DNA of 54,296 nucleotides, taken from positions 1 to 54,296 of the forward strand of contig NW_021833862.1 of assembly GCF_006345805.1 (NCBI RefSeq). Reading direction: 5' to 3'. The notes beneath the pieces were generated by a model, which was not told where the DNA came from, searched no databases, and worked only from the letters and a program-made list of their open reading frames with translations. Below are positions 50,735 to 54,296 of this stretch, piece after piece. The DNA is from Octopus sinensis. Taxonomy: Eukaryota. The translations under genes were made by a program, and so were the position numbers. Position 1 is the stretch's first letter; the number at the start of each line of letters is the position of its first letter.

Positions 50735-50990
50735 ATATATATATACTTTTTTCGTAATGAGATAAAAAAAAAAAGGTCTTACAGCTGTTACCAGGATATT
50801 TATTAATTATATCCCTTCATCGGAGACGGTGTAAGAAGATGGTTAAGTAATAGTTAATTTAGATAAGATACGACATAGATAGTGAGGTGGAGGAATGAAA
50901 ATAGATGTGAGATATGCAGGGATATTGCCTTTGTAGATCCATTATTTAGGCAGAATGGTATACATATAAGATTCCAATACCTTATGAGAA

Positions 50991-51492
50991 AAATCCAACA
51001 GCATTTAAAATTGTTCATTCCAAATATAGAGTTTATACAGTGTTATTGAATCCAGTGTTTTATTTAAAGTGACCTAAAAGTAGAGAATGTTTTAGTAGGG
51101 TCAAATCGAAAGCAGGAAGCGAGGTACAAAGAGAGAGAAAATAGAGAAAAGAAAGAGAAGAAAATAAGAAGAAAAATAATAAAATAATAGAAAAAATTCA
51201 AATAAAAACAGGAAGAGTGGAATAAAGAAAAGAAAGAAAGAAAAAGGAAAAACAATGAAGAGATAGTAAGGGAAAGTGTACCAGTTAGTGGTCAGTGGAG
51301 ATAGTTTGAAAGTAGGAATGGGGAGATAACTACTAACTGGTACACTTTCCCTTACTATCTCTTCATTGTTTTTCTTTGACCCTACGAAAACATTCTCTAC
51401 TTTTAGGTCACTTTAAGTAAAACACTTGAGTCAATAACACTGTGTTATAAGCTCTATACTTGGAATGACCAATTTTAGATACTATTGGATTT
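50991..51492. repeat. ~500-bp fold-back structure
   Basis: Inner arms 51247-51289 / 51332-51374 are a perfect 43 bp; outer arms 50991-51105 / 51375-51492 are about 90% identical; purine-rich insert at 51106-51246. Confidence 0.9.
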
Positions 51493-51563
51493 TAGCACTT
51501 ATTCAGCCTTACCTGACACTTTTGGGTCTCACTGACATCATTACCCTATATATATATATATAT

Positions 51564-52357
51564 AAACTTAGATATGTTTCGACCAAAGATTGGTCCAGGC
51601 CATGTCTAACTTAATAGCACCACCTGATAGGATTATTCGAATCCTGTTTAAGTCAAGTTTTGTTCAAGTAGTGAGTTCTTGTTGGGTGAATTGTATCCAA
51701 TTATGGGTGGCTTATCTGGTATTCTTTGAAGGAATCTATCCAGACTCTGTTTAAAGTTGATGGGATCCTTTTCCTCTTTGATCTCCCTCGGGACAATGTT
51801 AAATAGGGCAGGGCCTGTTGAGGAAAAGAAATTATGTTGCAGTGTACATGTATGTTGTGATCTTGAATTGGGCAGGGGACGTATAGCCCGTGGTCCAAGT
51901 CTTGGATGAACCTTGAAGCTAATGTTTAGGTCGTTTGGGCAAAGTTGGCGGTATTATTTTCCACATCGTACAAATGATGTACCGCTCACGGCGACGCTGG
52001 AGGGAGTAAAGTTTCAAGGCTTTAAGGCGATCCCAATAATCGAGAGCAGCCATGCCTTCAATTCGTTTAGTGAGTGCCCTCTGGGGTGACTCAATTCTGG
52101 AAATGTTTTGTCTTGTGTGAGGAGACCACAATGGGCAGCAGTATTCAAGGTGTGGCCGTACAAAGGAGGAAAAAAGTGGTATGATGACACCTTGTTCTCT
52201 GGACCGGAAAGTTCTTAAGATCCAGGAACTCATCCTACAAGCTATATCGACCTTCTTGTTGATGTGTGCACTCCAACTGAGATCGTCATCAACAATTACA
52301 CCCAGGTCTCTGATATTGTTAGAGGCTGTGAGCGGTTCCCCTGAAGGAAGAGAGTAT
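51564..52357 (-). mobile_element. CR1-group LINE, family C, 5'-truncated
   Basis: YSLPSGEPLTASNNIRDLGVIVDDDLSWSAHI..VRPHLEYCCPLWSP..LKLYSLQRRRERY; 3' end abuts (TA)n. Confidence 0.95.
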
Positions 52358-52675
52358 ACATACACATACATACACACACAAGCTACAAACACATATCTAC
52401 CGAATAGTGATGTTCTAAATTGCTGTAACTGAGGAAGGGCTACGTAATGGGTACATTTCCTATTATATATAACGCAAACCTGGAACGTACATAGTAAATA
52501 ATTTCAAAGTATCACTATTTGTAGTGACTTTCTTATTACGGCTTATATGACTCGATGCCCGTACAAACCAATGGGTCACGACCCACTAAAATTTAACAAC
52601 GATTTTGTGTAGTTTGCTATATTTGATTCGAGTCGAAAATCCTGGTGCATTGCACTGCTTTTTAACGTTACACGA

Positions 52676-52711
<36 letters not shown>

Positions 52712-53553
52712 GAGAGACAATATATTGTTAATGCACATTAAATTAATATTTGAACAACTATCACTCAAGAATGCATTACAAAGGCCAATCGATCTCTCTC
52801 ATACAGGCCTTTTCTCAACATATAACTGAAAGAAGTTCGATTGGTTTTTCTTTTTCATTTCACAAAGATTTTTCTGTACAGACAAGGTGTTACATCTGTC
52901 TATATATACCTTGTTGGCTAAAAATCTAGGGGTATATATTCCGTATAGCACCGAAACGAAACACTATTAATGCAATAATAATAATAACAATAATAACAAT
53001 AGTAAGAGAATGATGAAAAAGAATGTGTGTGTGCGCTTGCGTGCGTGTTTGTAAGAACAATTTTCTTCCTTTTCTTCACAAATCTGTTTTCCTTTCCACC
53101 AAACTCAACTCGTGAATAATTTATTATTGCCAAAATAATTTTTTCGTCTGAAAAAATAAAATCTCTGGTCACGTGATCACATTATTTTTGGCTTAACTGC
53201 AACATGATGTAGATAGATTATTTCTTTAAACACACACGCGCGCACACAAGTATTCATCGACACAAAAACAGGTGCACATATCAAATAGAAATACAATTCT
53301 CTCTCTCTTTCTCTCTCTCACACACATGTTTATGTATATGTGAATCGATTTTATGTACATACACACACACACATAAGTATGCACACATATACACACATTG
53401 TGGGTGCGTGTCTACTGTTGCTTGCAGATGTATGCGCGCGCACACACACACACACACAGTCAATTCAAATAAACGAATAAAAATCGAATAAAAACGGACA
53501 TCATGAGGACATTCACAAGAACTGTATTAGCTTGACGTTCGGTGAAAAGAGAG

Positions 53554-53586
53554 TTTGACGTTTCGAGCATGGCTCTTCGTCAGAAA
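53554..53586 (-). ncRNA. Minimal hammerhead-like motif in a Penelope-type LTR fragment (~53520-53620)
   Basis: UUU CUGACGA A GAGC CAU GCUC GAAA CG UC AAA: canonical core and GUC, but stem I is only 3 bp. Confidence 0.55.
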
Positions 53587-54296
53587 GGAGAAAGGGAAAA
53601 GTCCAAGGAAGGCAAACAAATCGCTAACAAATATGCACATACATATCTAAATATATATTCGGAAACAGAGGAACGTCCAATAGAAGGGAAAATGAAGGAA
53701 GAAAATCGCCAATGATTTACATGTGGTTACATTTTGACAGGAGAGTGTAAGAGAAGGGAGTATGTGTATGTGCGTGCGCACAAGTCTGTGTGTGTGCGTA
53801 TGTGTTGTGGTTTTGGCTGTTTATATGTGTGAGTGAATTTTGTGTCGCTAAATCTTGTAGGCAGAATTCAGTAGCAGAAGTAGCAGTCTTTTGTGTGTAG
53901 TTGTCTCTTCACATGTGCATAGAGGAATGGTCAGTAGAAAGGCGTTTGACTGGCTGTTTGAAGTTTGTGTGTGCTTGTGTATGTACGTGTGTGCATATAT
54001 GTATATGTTGTGTGTTTTGTGTGTTGTGTGCGCATGCGTCTGTGTGTGTGAGAGAGAGTATGTGCATGTGTGTGTGCGTGTATGAATGAGGGGTTATGTG
54101 TGGAGGTATATGTGCGGTTTTGTGCGTGTATGTGTGTATGTGGCGTATATGTGTGTTCTTGTGTATGTGATGTTCGAATTTGGCCAAATGCGTTTTTTTT
54201 TTTCAATATTTATTTTTGCTTGCAATAGCCAGTTCTTTTGGTCAAACTATCGTATCTCCAGTTGCTTCGGATGCCAAAATATGAAAACTTTCAGAG

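Overview
AT-rich animal genomic DNA, probably from an Octopus-like coleoid cephalopod. That assignment is an inference from recalled SINE/LINE families and the extreme (TA)n/(CA)n/(GA)n content, not from a search. No complete protein-coding gene, rRNA, tRNA or CRISPR array is supported, and almost all of the supplied ORF track comes from microsatellites or satellites. The window is a mosaic of microsatellites and transposon remnants: nine CR1-group LINE fragments, two Tx1/L1-like pieces, RTE pieces, an R4/Dong-like RLE LINE, tRNA-derived SINEs, Penelope-type LTR pieces, two Helitrons, a hAT MITE, two maT-like Tc1/mariner remnants and a 1.5 kb 25-bp minisatellite. Main observations: (1) CR1-group LINE families sit in (TA)n arrays with long direct-repeat junctions (19, 28 and ~55 bp) and share a 3' CATGGCC-hairpin-GAAAC end with a compensatory change; (2) four Penelope-type minimal hammerhead motifs lie on the minus strand, one fully canonical (45790-45830); (3) there is a cluster of perfect 37-43 bp fold-back repeats and a 27-bp templated insertion; (4) a stop-free 101-codon frame at 36113-36418, missed by the ORF track, may be a terminal exon.
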